A stretch of 64,000 nt of DNA from Bacillota bacterium (GTDB lineage Bacteria > Bacillota > Dethiobacteria > DTU022 > UBA8154), in NCBI GenBank assembly GCA_030656575.1, contig JAUSPO010000030.1, positions 63,298 to 127,297 on the forward strand, given 5' to 3'. Below, piece after piece: positions 41,125 through 50,922 of the stretch. The first letter of the stretch is position 1, and each line of letters opens with the position of its first letter. The notes below the pieces were generated by a model. That model did no database searches and was not told where the DNA came from. It worked only from the letters and a program-made list of their open reading frames with translations. The position numbers were made by a program, and so were the translations under genes.

Positions 41125-41610
41125 CTAGTTGTGGGCCTTGCGTTCCCGTTTGCGTTCGGCCAGCCTGATCTTCCGTCTTTCGATGGCATCCTGATTGCGC
41201 CTTTTCTCCTCGTCGGTCTTTAGAACAAGAGGGGGAACGCTTTTGGTCTTTCCATGCTCATCTAGCGCAACAAAGGTGAGGTAGGCCGAAGAGGTGTGAC
41301 GGTTGTGGCCTGTGATGACGTTTTCCGCTTCCACCCTGACGCCTACCTCCATGGAGGATGTTCCGACAAAGTTCATGTTGGCGCTCAGTTTGAGGAGCTC
41401 ACCCACATAGACAGGACTGTGAAAATCAAGCCTGTCTATGGATGCGGTCACGACGTTACATGAGGCATGTCGTGCTGCAACTATGCCGGCGGTGCTGTCA
41501 ATTAAACGCATAATTGAACCGCCGTGAACATTTCCCGCCAGATTTGCGTCGGTTTGTATCATCTGTTGTACGATAAACACTGTGCTTTCGCTTACGGTTT
41601 TACCTTTCAT
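41125..41610 (-). CDS. acyl-CoA thioesterase (hot-dog fold, YciA/BFIT type)
   Basis: NVHGGSIMRLIDSTAGIVAARH...VTASIDRLDF. Confidence 0.75.
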   Translation of the reverse strand: MKGKTVSESTVFIVQQMIQTDANLAGNVHGGSIMRLIDSTAGIVAARHASCNVVTASIDRLDFHSPVYVGELLKLSANMNFVGTSSMEVGVRVEAENVITGHNRHTSSAYLTFVALDEHGKTKSVPPLVLKTDEEKRRNQDAIERRKIRLAERKRERKAHN

Positions 41611-41784
41611 GGCAACCTCCGGTTCTCTATCGGACAGTTCGTGACCAAAGTGGGATTTAGGAGATCATTTACTGCAGATTTCTGGATTAATTATAGCTAT
41701 ATTTTGCCATCTAAGTCAACTGAGTTAGAAAACTAGGTATGACACGGTTTAGTTGTTTTATTTAATAATTCCCCTATTTAAAAA

Positions 41785-41814
41785 GTTGTCAATAACCCCG
41801 TCCCCTTGTCAACC
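41785..41814. promoter_or_regulatory. conserved 28-30-bp motif GTTGTCAATAACCCCGTCCCCTTGTCAAC (copy 1 of 2)
   Basis: 27/28 identical to 47778-47806. On the minus strand it reads TTGACA-N15-TTGACA, lying between the hemolysin-III stop and about 175 bp upstream of the thioesterase start. Confidence 0.3.
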
Positions 41815-41818
41815 ACAA

Positions 41819-42463
41819 TTACAGCGGCAGGATAAAAAATATGGCAAAGAAATGACATATGCTTCCGGCCAATACAAATAAGTGCCAGATGGCATGATGC
41901 AGCAGTTTACCTTTTTGGACATAGAAAATAATCCCCAGGGTATAAGAGAGGCCCCCCGCTCCCAGGAAAATTAATGATATGCCGGCCAGGTTTGCAAACA
42001 GGGAACGGATGGAGAAGACAATCAACCAGCCCATCAAGAGGTAAAACAAGGTTGACAAAACGGCATATTTGTTGACGAAAAAAACCTTGAGGACTACCCC
42101 CAGTATGGCCAGGCCCCAAACCAAACCGAAGATGACCCAGCCATATTCCTCTCGCAGGGTCACCAGGGTCAGCGGGGTATAAGTTCCAGCAATTAACAGA
42201 AAAATGGCGGCATGATCAATTATGCGAAAAATATATTTAACCCTTTTGTTCTGAATGCTATGATAGAGCGTTGAGGCCAGGTAAAGCAATACCAGGGTTG
42301 AACCGTAAATACTGAAACTAACAACATGCCAGGGCCCCCCGTACCTGGTGGCAAATACGATTAGTATTACCAGGGCCGCTATTGCCAGGACTGCTCCGAT
42401 TCCGTGGGTAATGGCGTTGGCTATTTCATTGATAATTAAGGTCTTTCTGTTAGAATATTTCAT
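41819..42463 (-). CDS. hemolysin III / PAQR family membrane protein
   Basis: Seven TM helices; N-terminus NEIANAITHGIG. Confidence 0.8.
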   Translation of the reverse strand: MKYSNRKTLIINEIANAITHGIGAVLAIAALVILIVFATRYGGPWHVVSFSIYGSTLVLLYLASTLYHSIQNKRVKYIFRIIDHAAIFLLIAGTYTPLTLVTLREEYGWVIFGLVWGLAILGVVLKVFFVNKYAVLSTLFYLLMGWLIVFSIRSLFANLAGISLIFLGAGGLSYTLGIIFYVQKGKLLHHAIWHLFVLAGSICHFFAIFFILPL

Positions 42464-42664
42464 CGCTTGCTCCTATAAGGATGTATTTAAAAAGTATACC
42501 ATTATTTCACTACGATGCCTATCAAACTGATCACACCCAAAAGAGCGGTAAAGGATAATATTGCTTATTCCTTCTTTACATCCCTTTTGTTACTTCAAGG
42601 GGAACAAATTCGACAGCTTAAAATAACATAATAGTAGTTTAAAGTAGCTCCAGTCCCAGGGATT

Positions 42665-43365
42665 TTGGATATCCTGAAAGTGAGGAGTGCAATGCTTGAT
42701 CTTATTATTATCGGTGGAGGACCAAGTGGAGCTTCTGCAGCACAAAAAGCAGCATCGGTGGGTTTAAATGTACTTTTATTTGAAAAGGAGAAGTTCCCAG
42801 GTATAAGCCTTGCGGAGGGGCCGTATCAGAACGAGCGCTTTCTTACATTGGACATAGTATTCCCGAATCATTAATAGAAAACGAAATTTTTGGAGTTAGA
42901 ATTCAGTATAAAGGTCAAACGATTGAAAGGTTAAAAGACGACAGGATTATCATTCCGTCGGTGTGCCCTAAAGGAAAGCTTGCCGGGAGAAGAACACTAT
43001 TATGCGGAGATGCTGGCGGCTTTGTGGATGCTTTTTCCAGAGAAGGCATTGCCTATGCCATCCGCTCGGGACAAATCGCTGCCGAAAAGATAGCGGAAAT
43101 TATCAAGGAAAAAAGAACATCAAGCATGGGCTCTTATGAAAAAGCATGCCGAAAAGAGTTCGATGAAAACTTGCAGTACTCTCATACAGTATCAAAGTAT
43201 ATATACAAATTTCCTGCGCAGTTCTTTAATGCATTTATCCGTGATGACAGGCTTTTAGATCAACTCTTGGACATTCCCATTATGAAAACAACGTATAAAA
43301 AAATCCTGTTCAATTTGCTGCGAAATTCTTATCATCATTTGCCAGGGCTATCTTTAAAGAATTAA
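42665..43365 (+). pseudogene. geranylgeranyl-reductase-family FAD oxidoreductase remnant (frameshift plus large internal deletion)
   Basis: N-terminal fragment DLIIIGGGPSGASAA (FAD GxGxxG); the frame then switches to ...IENEIFGVRIQYKG.... The C-terminal fragment LLCGDAGGFVDAFSREGIAYAIRSG follows after only about 200 codons in total, versus about 380 expected. Confidence 0.55.
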
Positions 43366-43377
43366 AGGGGTAACGTT

Positions 43378-43740
43378 CTATTGCTCGTCTTGCGATTCGG
43401 GCTCAGGAGAGGGAGCAACTCTTCTTGTGCGCAAGAGATAGGGATGGAAAAATATTTCCACTACCGCAATAAGGGCACCGAAAAAAAGTAGAGACCCTAA
43501 GTTAGGATTAAACACGGTCGTCACCAAGCCCATAATATAAGCAACAACAATACCAAGGGCACCATCTCCAACGGATGCTATCAAATAATTAAAACCCGGT
43601 AAAACATATAAGTCTCCGACTAGATGGTTCACAACGGTAGCAGCTACGGCTACAAAGAAGACCACTCCTGCAGGGTTTACGTCAAAAAAAGAAAAGGCAA
43701 TGATAGAGACAATAAAGGTGATAATAAATCTTACGAGCAT
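43378..43740 (-). CDS. small membrane protein (DUF2512-like)
   Basis: 120-aa hydrophobic ORF. Confidence 0.4.
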   Translation of the reverse strand: MLVRFIITFIVSIIAFSFFDVNPAGVVFFVAVAATVVNHLVGDLYVLPGFNYLIASVGDGALGIVVAYIMGLVTTVFNPNLGSLLFFGALIAVVEIFFHPYLLRTRRVAPSPEPESQDEQ

Positions 43741-43877
43741 AACTTTCCACGTATTCAGAATAACATCTCCTTTTCAAGATTATTATATACCTTGTTAATT
43801 TCCCTTCTTTTATGACATTTATGCAAATACAGAGTCCCTTGAATAAAACACAATTATAAAATACCTTTTAGAAACAA

Positions 43878-44306
43878 CTAATAACCAATTTCCTCTTTTC
43901 CCATTCTACTGGTAAGGTAGTCTGCGGTCCTGGCTGCAATAGCCAAAACCGTTTCGGTGGGGTTGGCGCCACCGGAAGTTACGAAGACGCTGGCGTCGCA
44001 GATAAACAGGTTTGGTATATCATGGCTTTGACAAAAGCCATTAACTACAGATTTTGTTGGGTCATCTCCCATGCGGCAGGTTCCCATCAGGTGTCCGGTA
44101 TCCGGAATTACAAAAGCCGGTTTGCCACCTCTTGCTACCATTATTGCATTAGCCTTCTGTACAGCATGTTTAATCAATTTATTGTCATTTTCCCCAAAAC
44201 TAAAGGTTACTATAGGTCGCGGCAGTCCATATTCGTCTTTCTCATCACTTAAAGTTTCGTTACCTGTATTTTGTATTTTACTGCAGTAGATAGTTCGCCC
44301 AGGCAC
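43878..44306 (-). pseudogene. GMC-family oxidoreductase C-terminal fragment
   Basis: HLMGTCRMGDDPTKSVVNGFCQSHDIPNLFICDASVFVTSGGANPTETVLAIAARTADYL is the GMC_oxred_C pattern. Only 142 aa remain and the N-terminal roughly 350 aa are absent. Confidence 0.5.
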
Positions 44307-44530
44307 ATTAATAAGCCGCCCGATGCAACCTGTCCGGTAATCGCCAGAACTGGTGCCTTATCAAAATAAGCATCAGCTAAACCATTAATCAGATTTGCTG
44401 TACCCGGACCGGATGTTGCGACACAGACTGCTGTTTTACCGGTTAACTTAGCCTGGTATGATGCCATGAATGCAGCAATAGACTCATGACTTGTAATTCC
44501 AGAAGTTGTTGAGACAGATTAAGAGGAGGC
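44249..44530 (-). pseudogene. acetolactate-synthase-like TPP enzyme N-terminal fragment, fused and overlapping with the GMC fragment
   Basis: ...[54 protein letters not shown] with an in-frame stop; it ends inside the GMC remnant. Confidence 0.5.
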
Positions 44531-44709
44531 ATTTTATTAACTTCCTTCCAATACGTTAGAATTTTTTTTAGCATACCACAGCTTACCACTAATAATGCAG
44601 TAAAAAAAATCGTTTTTTGGAACCATGAATTTTTACTTTAAAGTCAGGAAATTATAACGATGAAGAAAAAACTGCATGGATAATGCAGGGAATAAGGAAG
44701 GAGATTATA

Positions 44710-45762
44710 ATGAAAAAATTAAGAATGGGTATTATCGGTATGGGCATGGCTTTTGAAAGATTACATTATCCTGCTTATCAGAAATTAACCGATAAGTTTG
44801 AGATTCGGGCAATTTGTGACCTGGATAGACAAAAGGCGGAAAACTGGCGTAACACTCTTGGTTTAAATCCGGAAGATATATATAATGATTTTCATGAAAT
44901 GCTTAAGCGGGACGACCTGGATGCAATTGATATTATGGTTCCCATTGAGCTGAACTATGAGGTTACGGAAGAGGTTGCTAAAGCAGGAAAGCCAATAATC
45001 TGTGAAAAACCTCTGGCCCCCACAAGAGAACAGGCCATGGAGGCTAGAGCGTTACCGAAAAAATATGATGTTCCTATTATGATTGCAGAAAATTATCGCT
45101 ATAACGATGAAATCAATATAATTCGGGATCTGGTCAGGACTAAAGATATTGGAGATGTTTATTATTTAATCCAAAATAGAGTGGTTAACTTTCCTCATGA
45201 TATGCTAAAAAATAAATTTCCCGCTAAAGAATGGCGGCAGCATCCGGAATTTCCCGGAGGAGTTTATTATGATACGGGAGTTCATGACATAGGAGCCCTT
45301 CAACATATTTTTGGATCCATTGATACTGTTCATGCATTTGGAGTAAAACAGGAAGAAGATTTCTCTCCTTATTCAGTAATCCAGGCTAATCTTCTTTTCA
45401 AAAGCGGAATTACCGGTCATTTTACTTTCTTCTGCGCAGGAAAAGAAATGCAGAGGCCTTTTGTTGGTTTGCGTATTTTCGGGAACAATGGCATGATTTA
45501 TCTTGAAGAGAGAGATTGTGGTACCGTAAATGTTGCGTATAATGATGGAACCAGCAAACAAATTCCATATCAGCCCCAGATGGGATTCTACCATGAATTA
45601 CTGAATTTCTACAAAGCGGCTATTGGGGAAGAACGTAATGCAGTAACTCCAGAACTCGAATATGGTGATGCAATGACTATTTATGCTATTTTAGAATCCA
45701 TAAAAAACGAAGAAATAGTTAAGGTAGTTAAAGAATTAGAGTATGAACCTATGGGTGTATAA
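44710..45762 (+). CDS. Gfo/Idh/MocA-family NAD(P)-dependent oxidoreductase
   Basis: LRMGIIGMGMAFERLHYPAY Rossmann N-terminus and ICEKPLA motif. Confidence 0.8.
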   Translation: MKKLRMGIIGMGMAFERLHYPAYQKLTDKFEIRAICDLDRQKAENWRNTLGLNPEDIYNDFHEMLKRDDLDAIDIMVPIELNYEVTEEVAKAGKPIICEKPLAPTREQAMEARALPKKYDVPIMIAENYRYNDEINIIRDLVRTKDIGDVYYLIQNRVVNFPHDMLKNKFPAKEWRQHPEFPGGVYYDTGVHDIGALQHIFGSIDTVHAFGVKQEEDFSPYSVIQANLLFKSGITGHFTFFCAGKEMQRPFVGLRIFGNNGMIYLEERDCGTVNVAYNDGTSKQIPYQPQMGFYHELLNFYKAAIGEERNAVTPELEYGDAMTIYAILESIKNEEIVKVVKELEYEPMGV

Positions 45763-45824
45763 GAATAAATAAGAGTCTACTATTTCAGTTTAGGGGCACC
45801 CTAAATACTTAAGTGAGGGCAACC

Positions 45825-46985
45825 ATGCACACACGGGAAATGGCATTTCCTGCCTGGTCCGGACTTGATATGCCGGCTGCTAATTGCAATGTAATAACTC
45901 CTTCATTTCCGGAACCCCTATCAGAAGAACAACTTGTTAAAAAAATTGAGCACGCAGTTGAAATGCTTGCGCGGCAAACGCTGTCTGCCGCGCAGCGTAT
46001 CCTAATCATTGTAGAGGACTCGTCCCGCCCTTCACGCACTGCGCCTGTGATAGAAACACTGCTCCGGGTCATTGCCCCCCGCTTACCCAATGACGTCTCC
46101 TTTAAAATGCTTTTCGCCGGAGGTGCCCATTATGGGCTGGAAGAAAAAAATGAATTTAATAAAGCTCCAGCGAAATTTCCCGGACCAATCTTAACACATA
46201 ACTGCTTGGAAACATCCTATTACGGGGATATCGATGGTAAGCCGGTTTTTCTGAATCGGGAAGTTGATACTGCAGATCTGCGCATCTCCATTGGCACAGT
46301 AAACATACATCCTGTGTCCGGCTATACTGGTGGAGCAAAAATACTTGTCCCAGGGGTTGCCGGCTTAAGGACCATTTTTTGCCTTCATGAATTAGAAAGA
46401 GGCAGTCCCGGAGAGGCGGTAACTCCGATGCGTCGTTTTATCACTAATGTACTTGAAGGCCATCCCATTGAACTTGGATTGCAGCTAATAGCAAATGGAA
46501 AAGGAGAGATCGTCAATCTCTTTGTCGGTCCTCTGCAGCAAGCCTGGGATAAGGCTATAGAGTTCTTGAAACCGTGCGTTACACGCAATATCCCGGAATT
46601 AAGCAATATTTGTATAGCTGAAGCAGATCCGTATGACGGTAATTTGCTGGGGATTTTTAAAACACTTCCAGTTCTTATTGCTGCAATGACTGCGAACGGG
46701 CATGGGGTAATCCTAATCAGAGCAATGGAGGGACTGGGTCACCATCACTGGCGTTTAGAGAGTGAAGTAGTAAATAGAGAAAAACAAAGATGGGAAGAAC
46801 AATTGGCAGAGAGGCGTGTTACAGTAATTACAGAAGCTTTACTTGATGCTGCTGCTTGGAAGCATATCTTTCCCATGCAGTTGCAAGCTGTACAGCCAGG
46901 GGAAATAAAAATAGCTAAAAACAAAAAAGCACTGGTTTTGAAAAATGCGCCCCTGATGCTGATTAAAGAAAAGGATAGCCGGTAA
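45825..46985 (+). CDS. LarA-like (nickel-dependent lactate racemase family, DUF2088) protein
   Basis: IIVEDSSRPSRT (DxTRP-like) and FAGGAHYGL (AGGxH-like); moderate resemblance only. Confidence 0.45.
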   Translation: MHTREMAFPAWSGLDMPAANCNVITPSFPEPLSEEQLVKKIEHAVEMLARQTLSAAQRILIIVEDSSRPSRTAPVIETLLRVIAPRLPNDVSFKMLFAGGAHYGLEEKNEFNKAPAKFPGPILTHNCLETSYYGDIDGKPVFLNREVDTADLRISIGTVNIHPVSGYTGGAKILVPGVAGLRTIFCLHELERGSPGEAVTPMRRFITNVLEGHPIELGLQLIANGKGEIVNLFVGPLQQAWDKAIEFLKPCVTRNIPELSNICIAEADPYDGNLLGIFKTLPVLIAAMTANGHGVILIRAMEGLGHHHWRLESEVVNREKQRWEEQLAERRVTVITEALLDAAAWKHIFPMQLQAVQPGEIKIAKNKKALVLKNAPLMLIKEKDSR

Positions 46986-47129
46986 TTAAAAATATGCAAA
47001 TGTTTGGAGCTCTCTTGGAGATATTAGCAGCACGATATTGAGTACCAATCCTTTGTGTTAAAAAACCCACAATGTCTTCTTCCTAAAACGAAGAGGTTTT
47101 TTTGTTTGGATCATTCGCTACGGAAAGTA

Positions 47130-47668
47130 CTAATGCTTTTCCTTTTTTTCTCTCCGGGTCCTCACTTTTTTCACTCGGCGGAATTCTGTACGGTTACCGG
47201 CCTCGTCTTCAGCAGCTACAGAAAAGGTATAGCTTTTGCCGGGTTCAAGGTTGGAAACAATATAAGTGGTATTATCTGTCTCCCCCACAAACACACCGTT
47301 TACCAAAACACTGTATTTAATTTGCCCAGAGTTATCACTGGCAGGTGGCCATTTAATCGTTACACTGTCAGGCATTACCTTTGTAACTTTTATTACGTCT
47401 CCTTTTGACCAGGATGGATTCACTGTGTCATACTTGAGGGTAATGAAAGCCGCGTTTTGATAAGCGGCGTGACCATGTTCATCCTGCAGCCAGACATACA
47501 GATGCTGCTACTTCTTCTGCCGCCGTTACAGTAAAGGGGTTCTTGGTCACATATATGCCGTCGGTATCGCCAGTGGGCGGCACACCCAAAATTTAATAGA
47601 AATATTCCAACACCACCGATTGCTCCGGCAACTAGACCTGCAAAGAACCAATCACGAGTTTTCTTCAT
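47130..47668 (-). pseudogene. membrane-anchored fibronectin type III domain protein, disrupted by frameshifts
   Basis: The N-terminal TM ORF (MKKTRDWFFAGLVAGAIGGVGIFLLNFG) and the Fn3 ORF (VIKVTKVMPDSVTIKWPPASD...YTFSVAAEDEAGN) lie in different frames. Open protein-like stretches in all three frames occur between 47420 and 47600. Confidence 0.4.
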
Positions 47669-47777
47669 TATCTAACCAACTCACTTTAATAAATAGTAAT
47701 TAAATCAAATTGATATTATTTTGTTTAATCGTAAAAATAATATGCCTATGATATGGGATATTAATCTTTAGGAAATG

Positions 47778-47806
47778 TTGTCAATAACCCCGTCCCCTTG
47801 GCAACT
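47778..47806. promoter_or_regulatory. conserved motif GTTGTCAATAACCCCGTCCCCTTGGCAAC (copy 2 of 2)
   Basis: See 41785-41814. It lies about 110 bp upstream of the Fn3 pseudogene start on the minus strand. Confidence 0.3.
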
Positions 47807-48186
47807 TCTGCAAAAGATCGACTCCTTTCCTTATGGAAGGGAGTTTTTTTTATTGGGGGAAAAAAAAATGTAAATTATTGCATAAAAAATTGCTTTGATA
47901 AGAAGGGATTATTCGGGGGCTTGTCGAATAGTAACTCTTATCCATTTTATGTGGAATGTGTTTAACTAAGTATGTTTCCGTTAAAAAGAGCAAGTTATTC
48001 CCCGCTTTTCATATTGTTCCAAAGATTTTACAGGATTCTTTTTTCTTAAAATGGAGTAAAAGTTTCTCTTGGGGGAAACTAAATTTAAAATTGCAGAAAA
48101 TATTTTTAAAAAATGTCAGGAGGTGTAAAGTCTGGTGCGCTGAATTCTTATACTTTTTCGGGAATTTAGTTGTGCCAGGCGAGAAA

Positions 48187-49182
48187 ATGGCGGTAATTTA
48201 TTATGACAAGGATGCGGATTTATCTAATCTGAAGGGTGAAACAGTTGCTATCCTGGGTTATGGCAGTCAGGGGCATGCTCATGCCCAGAATTTGAAGGAA
48301 AGCGGAGTTAGTGTAGTTGTAGCCGATCTTCCAGGAAGCAAAAGCTGGGTGCAGGCTGAAAAGGACGGCCTCGTAGTCAAAAATGTTGCTGAAGCAACGA
48401 AGATGGCACAGGTAATCATGATCCTTTTAGGGGACAATGATCAGCCCGCTGTATTCCAGAATGAAGTTCTGCCAAATCTGACAGAAGGCAAGGCAATAGC
48501 TGTAGCTCACGGTTTTAATATTCTTTATAACCAGGTAGTTGCCCCTCCCTTTGTTGATGTGTTTATGGTCGCTCCCAAGAGCCCGGGACATCTGGTAAGG
48601 CGTATGTATCAGGAAGGAAACGGTGTCCCTGCGCTGGTGGCGGTGCACCAGGATTATACAGGGAAATGCCTGCAGAGAGCTCTTGCTTATGCAAAAGGAT
48701 TGGGCAGCACAAGAGCAGGTGTTATTCAGACCACTTTCCAGGAGGAAACAGAAACTGATTTGTTTGGTGAGCAGGCCATTCTTTGCGGTGGCGCGACAGC
48801 GTTAATCAAAGCTTCCTTTGACACCCTTGTAGAGGCTGGTTATCAGCCCGAGATTGCATATTTCGAGTGTCTTCATGAACTTAAATTGATTGTTGACCTG
48901 ATCTACGAGGGTGGCTTATCCTGGATGCGGTATTCTGTGAGCGATGTGGCCGAGTATGGTGATTTAACCAAGGGCCCCCGCATTATCGATGAAAGAGTCC
49001 GGGAAGAGTTGAAAAAATTACTGAAGGAAATTCAGGAAGGTCAGTTTGCGCTGGAATGTATTACTGAGTTCCGCATGAATCGCCCTCGCTTTACTGCTTT
49101 AAGGAGAATGGATGAGAATCATCTCATTGAAAAAGTGGGCGCGGAACTTCGTTCCATGATGCCCTGGTTGCAAAAAAAGTAA
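48187..49182 (+). CDS. ilvC: ketol-acid reductoisomerase
   Basis: [17 protein letters not shown]ossmann motif and class-I KARI length. Start reassigned to the ATG at 48187; the track ORF is extended upstream. Confidence 0.9.
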   Translation: MAVIYYDKDADLSNLKGETVAILGYGSQGHAHAQNLKESGVSVVVADLPGSKSWVQAEKDGLVVKNVAEATKMAQVIMILLGDNDQPAVFQNEVLPNLTEGKAIAVAHGFNILYNQVVAPPFVDVFMVAPKSPGHLVRRMYQEGNGVPALVAVHQDYTGKCLQRALAYAKGLGSTRAGVIQTTFQEETETDLFGEQAILCGGATALIKASFDTLVEAGYQPEIAYFECLHELKLIVDLIYEGGLSWMRYSVSDVAEYGDLTKGPRIIDERVREELKKLLKEIQEGQFALECITEFRMNRPRFTALRRMDENHLIEKVGAELRSMMPWLQKK

Positions 49183-49330
49183 ACAATTAAAACCAAAAAA
49201 TGATCAATTTTCCATAATATGGCCAAAAATAAAAGAGGATATTACTGGATGCTGTCGAAGTAAAGTAAAACAATTACATTTTCCACCAAATATCTTTGAA
49301 TTTTTTAAGTAAAAGGGATTGGGCCATGTT

Positions 49331-50017
49331 ATGATCGAAATTAATCACCTTTATAAAGAGTACGGAAAAGATGTCCAGGCTTTAAATGATATTAATTTAG
49401 TTATTGACCGCGGTGAGTTTGTATTTATTGTAGGGACCAGCGGCGCAGGTAAATCTACCCTTCTGAGGATGATGATCAGGGAATCTTTACCTACGAAGGG
49501 AAGTATAAAAATCTTTGGCAGAGATATAACAAGGTTAAAAAACCGTGAGGTTCCCTACCTAAGGCGGAATATAGGTGTCGTTTTTCAGGATTTCAGGCTG
49601 CTAAATGACCGCAATGTTTATGAGAATGTGGCATTTACATTAAGGGTTATCGGGTCTCCTACAAAAGAGATTCGAAAAAGAGTCCCTCATGCATTGGAAT
49701 TGGTAAGGTTGAAAGATAAGGCCTACAAAAAACCGGATCAACTCTCCGGTGGTGAACAGCAAAGGGTTTGTGTTGCCCGGGCTTTAGTAAATCGTCCTGC
49801 TGTACTTCTTGCGGATGAGCCTACGGGCAACCTTGACCCCGGCACCTCCATGGAAATCATGAATCTTTTGCATGATATTAATATCAGGGGTGCAACGGTT
49901 ATTGTCGCTACCCATGCAAAGGAAGTTGTTGATCATTTTCAAAAACGTGTAGTTGTGCTCGAAGACGGACGTCTGATCAGCGATCAGGAAAGAGGGGTTT
50001 ATTTCAATGCACATTAG
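49331..50017 (+). CDS. ftsE: cell-division ABC transporter ATP-binding protein
   Basis: [24 protein letters not shown], and FtsX directly downstream. Confidence 0.85.
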   Translation: MIEINHLYKEYGKDVQALNDINLVIDRGEFVFIVGTSGAGKSTLLRMMIRESLPTKGSIKIFGRDITRLKNREVPYLRRNIGVVFQDFRLLNDRNVYENVAFTLRVIGSPTKEIRKRVPHALELVRLKDKAYKKPDQLSGGEQQRVCVARALVNRPAVLLADEPTGNLDPGTSMEIMNLLHDINIRGATVIVATHAKEVVDHFQKRVVVLEDGRLISDQERGVYFNAH

Positions 50018-50897
50018 GAGCCTCTTATATTTCCTGGGAGAGGCGCTAAAAAGTATTGTTCGTAATGGTTGGATGAGCATAGCTTCTACCGGAGTTGTTG
50101 CTATCACCCTTCTCATACTGGGCAGTTTTATGGTATTGAGCGTAAATGTTAACCTTGTAACCCAGGACATTAAAGAACAGGTACAGATAGCGCTTTATAT
50201 CGATGAATCAGCCGATGAAGAAACCAGGGCGGAGTTAGAGAGGATGCTTATAAGACATCCTCAACTGGAACAAGTGCGTTTTGTTTCAAAAGAAGATGCC
50301 CTTACACGCCTTAAACAGCAGTTGGGAGATCGTGCTTACCTGTTGGAGGGGTATGAAGATCTGGATAATCCACTGAGGGATTCTTATGAGCTTCGTACTA
50401 TTATTCCGGAAGATATATCGGATGTGGCACGGGAAGTCAGTAATTACCCCGGCGTAGGTTACCTGGATTACGGAAGTCAGGTAGTGGATCCTCTCTTTCA
50501 GTTCACGGGGCTGCTCCGCTGGATAGGTCTGGTTTTTATGGCCGGGCTTGCTGTTACGGCTATTTTCCTTATCGCCCACACCATACGGCTTACGGTGTAT
50601 ATAAGGCGTAAGGAAATAATGATTATGAAATATGTGGGGGCGACGGACTGGTTTATACGCTGGCCATTCATTTTTGAGGGTTTGATCCTTGGTCTATCCG
50701 GCGCCGTGATACCTATCATTATTCTTTTTTATAGCTATCAGGTTGCAGACGTTTGGATGCAGAGCAATATAGTATTTATTGCCCTCATTCCCCCCCATGA
50801 AATTATCAACGAAATGGTTAAAATTCTCATTCCTTTGGGAATTGCTCTAGGCGTACTTGGAAGCTTTATTTCCGTGAGAAGGTTTTTAAAGGTGTAA
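50007..50897 (+). CDS. ftsX: cell-division ABC transporter permease-like protein
   Basis: One TM, a large periplasmic loop, then three TM helices; overlaps the ftsE stop. Confidence 0.8.
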   Translation: MHIRSLLYFLGEALKSIVRNGWMSIASTGVVAITLLILGSFMVLSVNVNLVTQDIKEQVQIALYIDESADEETRAELERMLIRHPQLEQVRFVSKEDALTRLKQQLGDRAYLLEGYEDLDNPLRDSYELRTIIPEDISDVAREVSNYPGVGYLDYGSQVVDPLFQFTGLLRWIGLVFMAGLAVTAIFLIAHTIRLTVYIRRKEIMIMKYVGATDWFIRWPFIFEGLILGLSGAVIPIIILFYSYQVADVWMQSNIVFIALIPPHEIINEMVKILIPLGIALGVLGSFISVRRFLKV

Positions 50898-50922
50898 AAG
50901 TAAAAGTAAGGAGGTATAAGCA

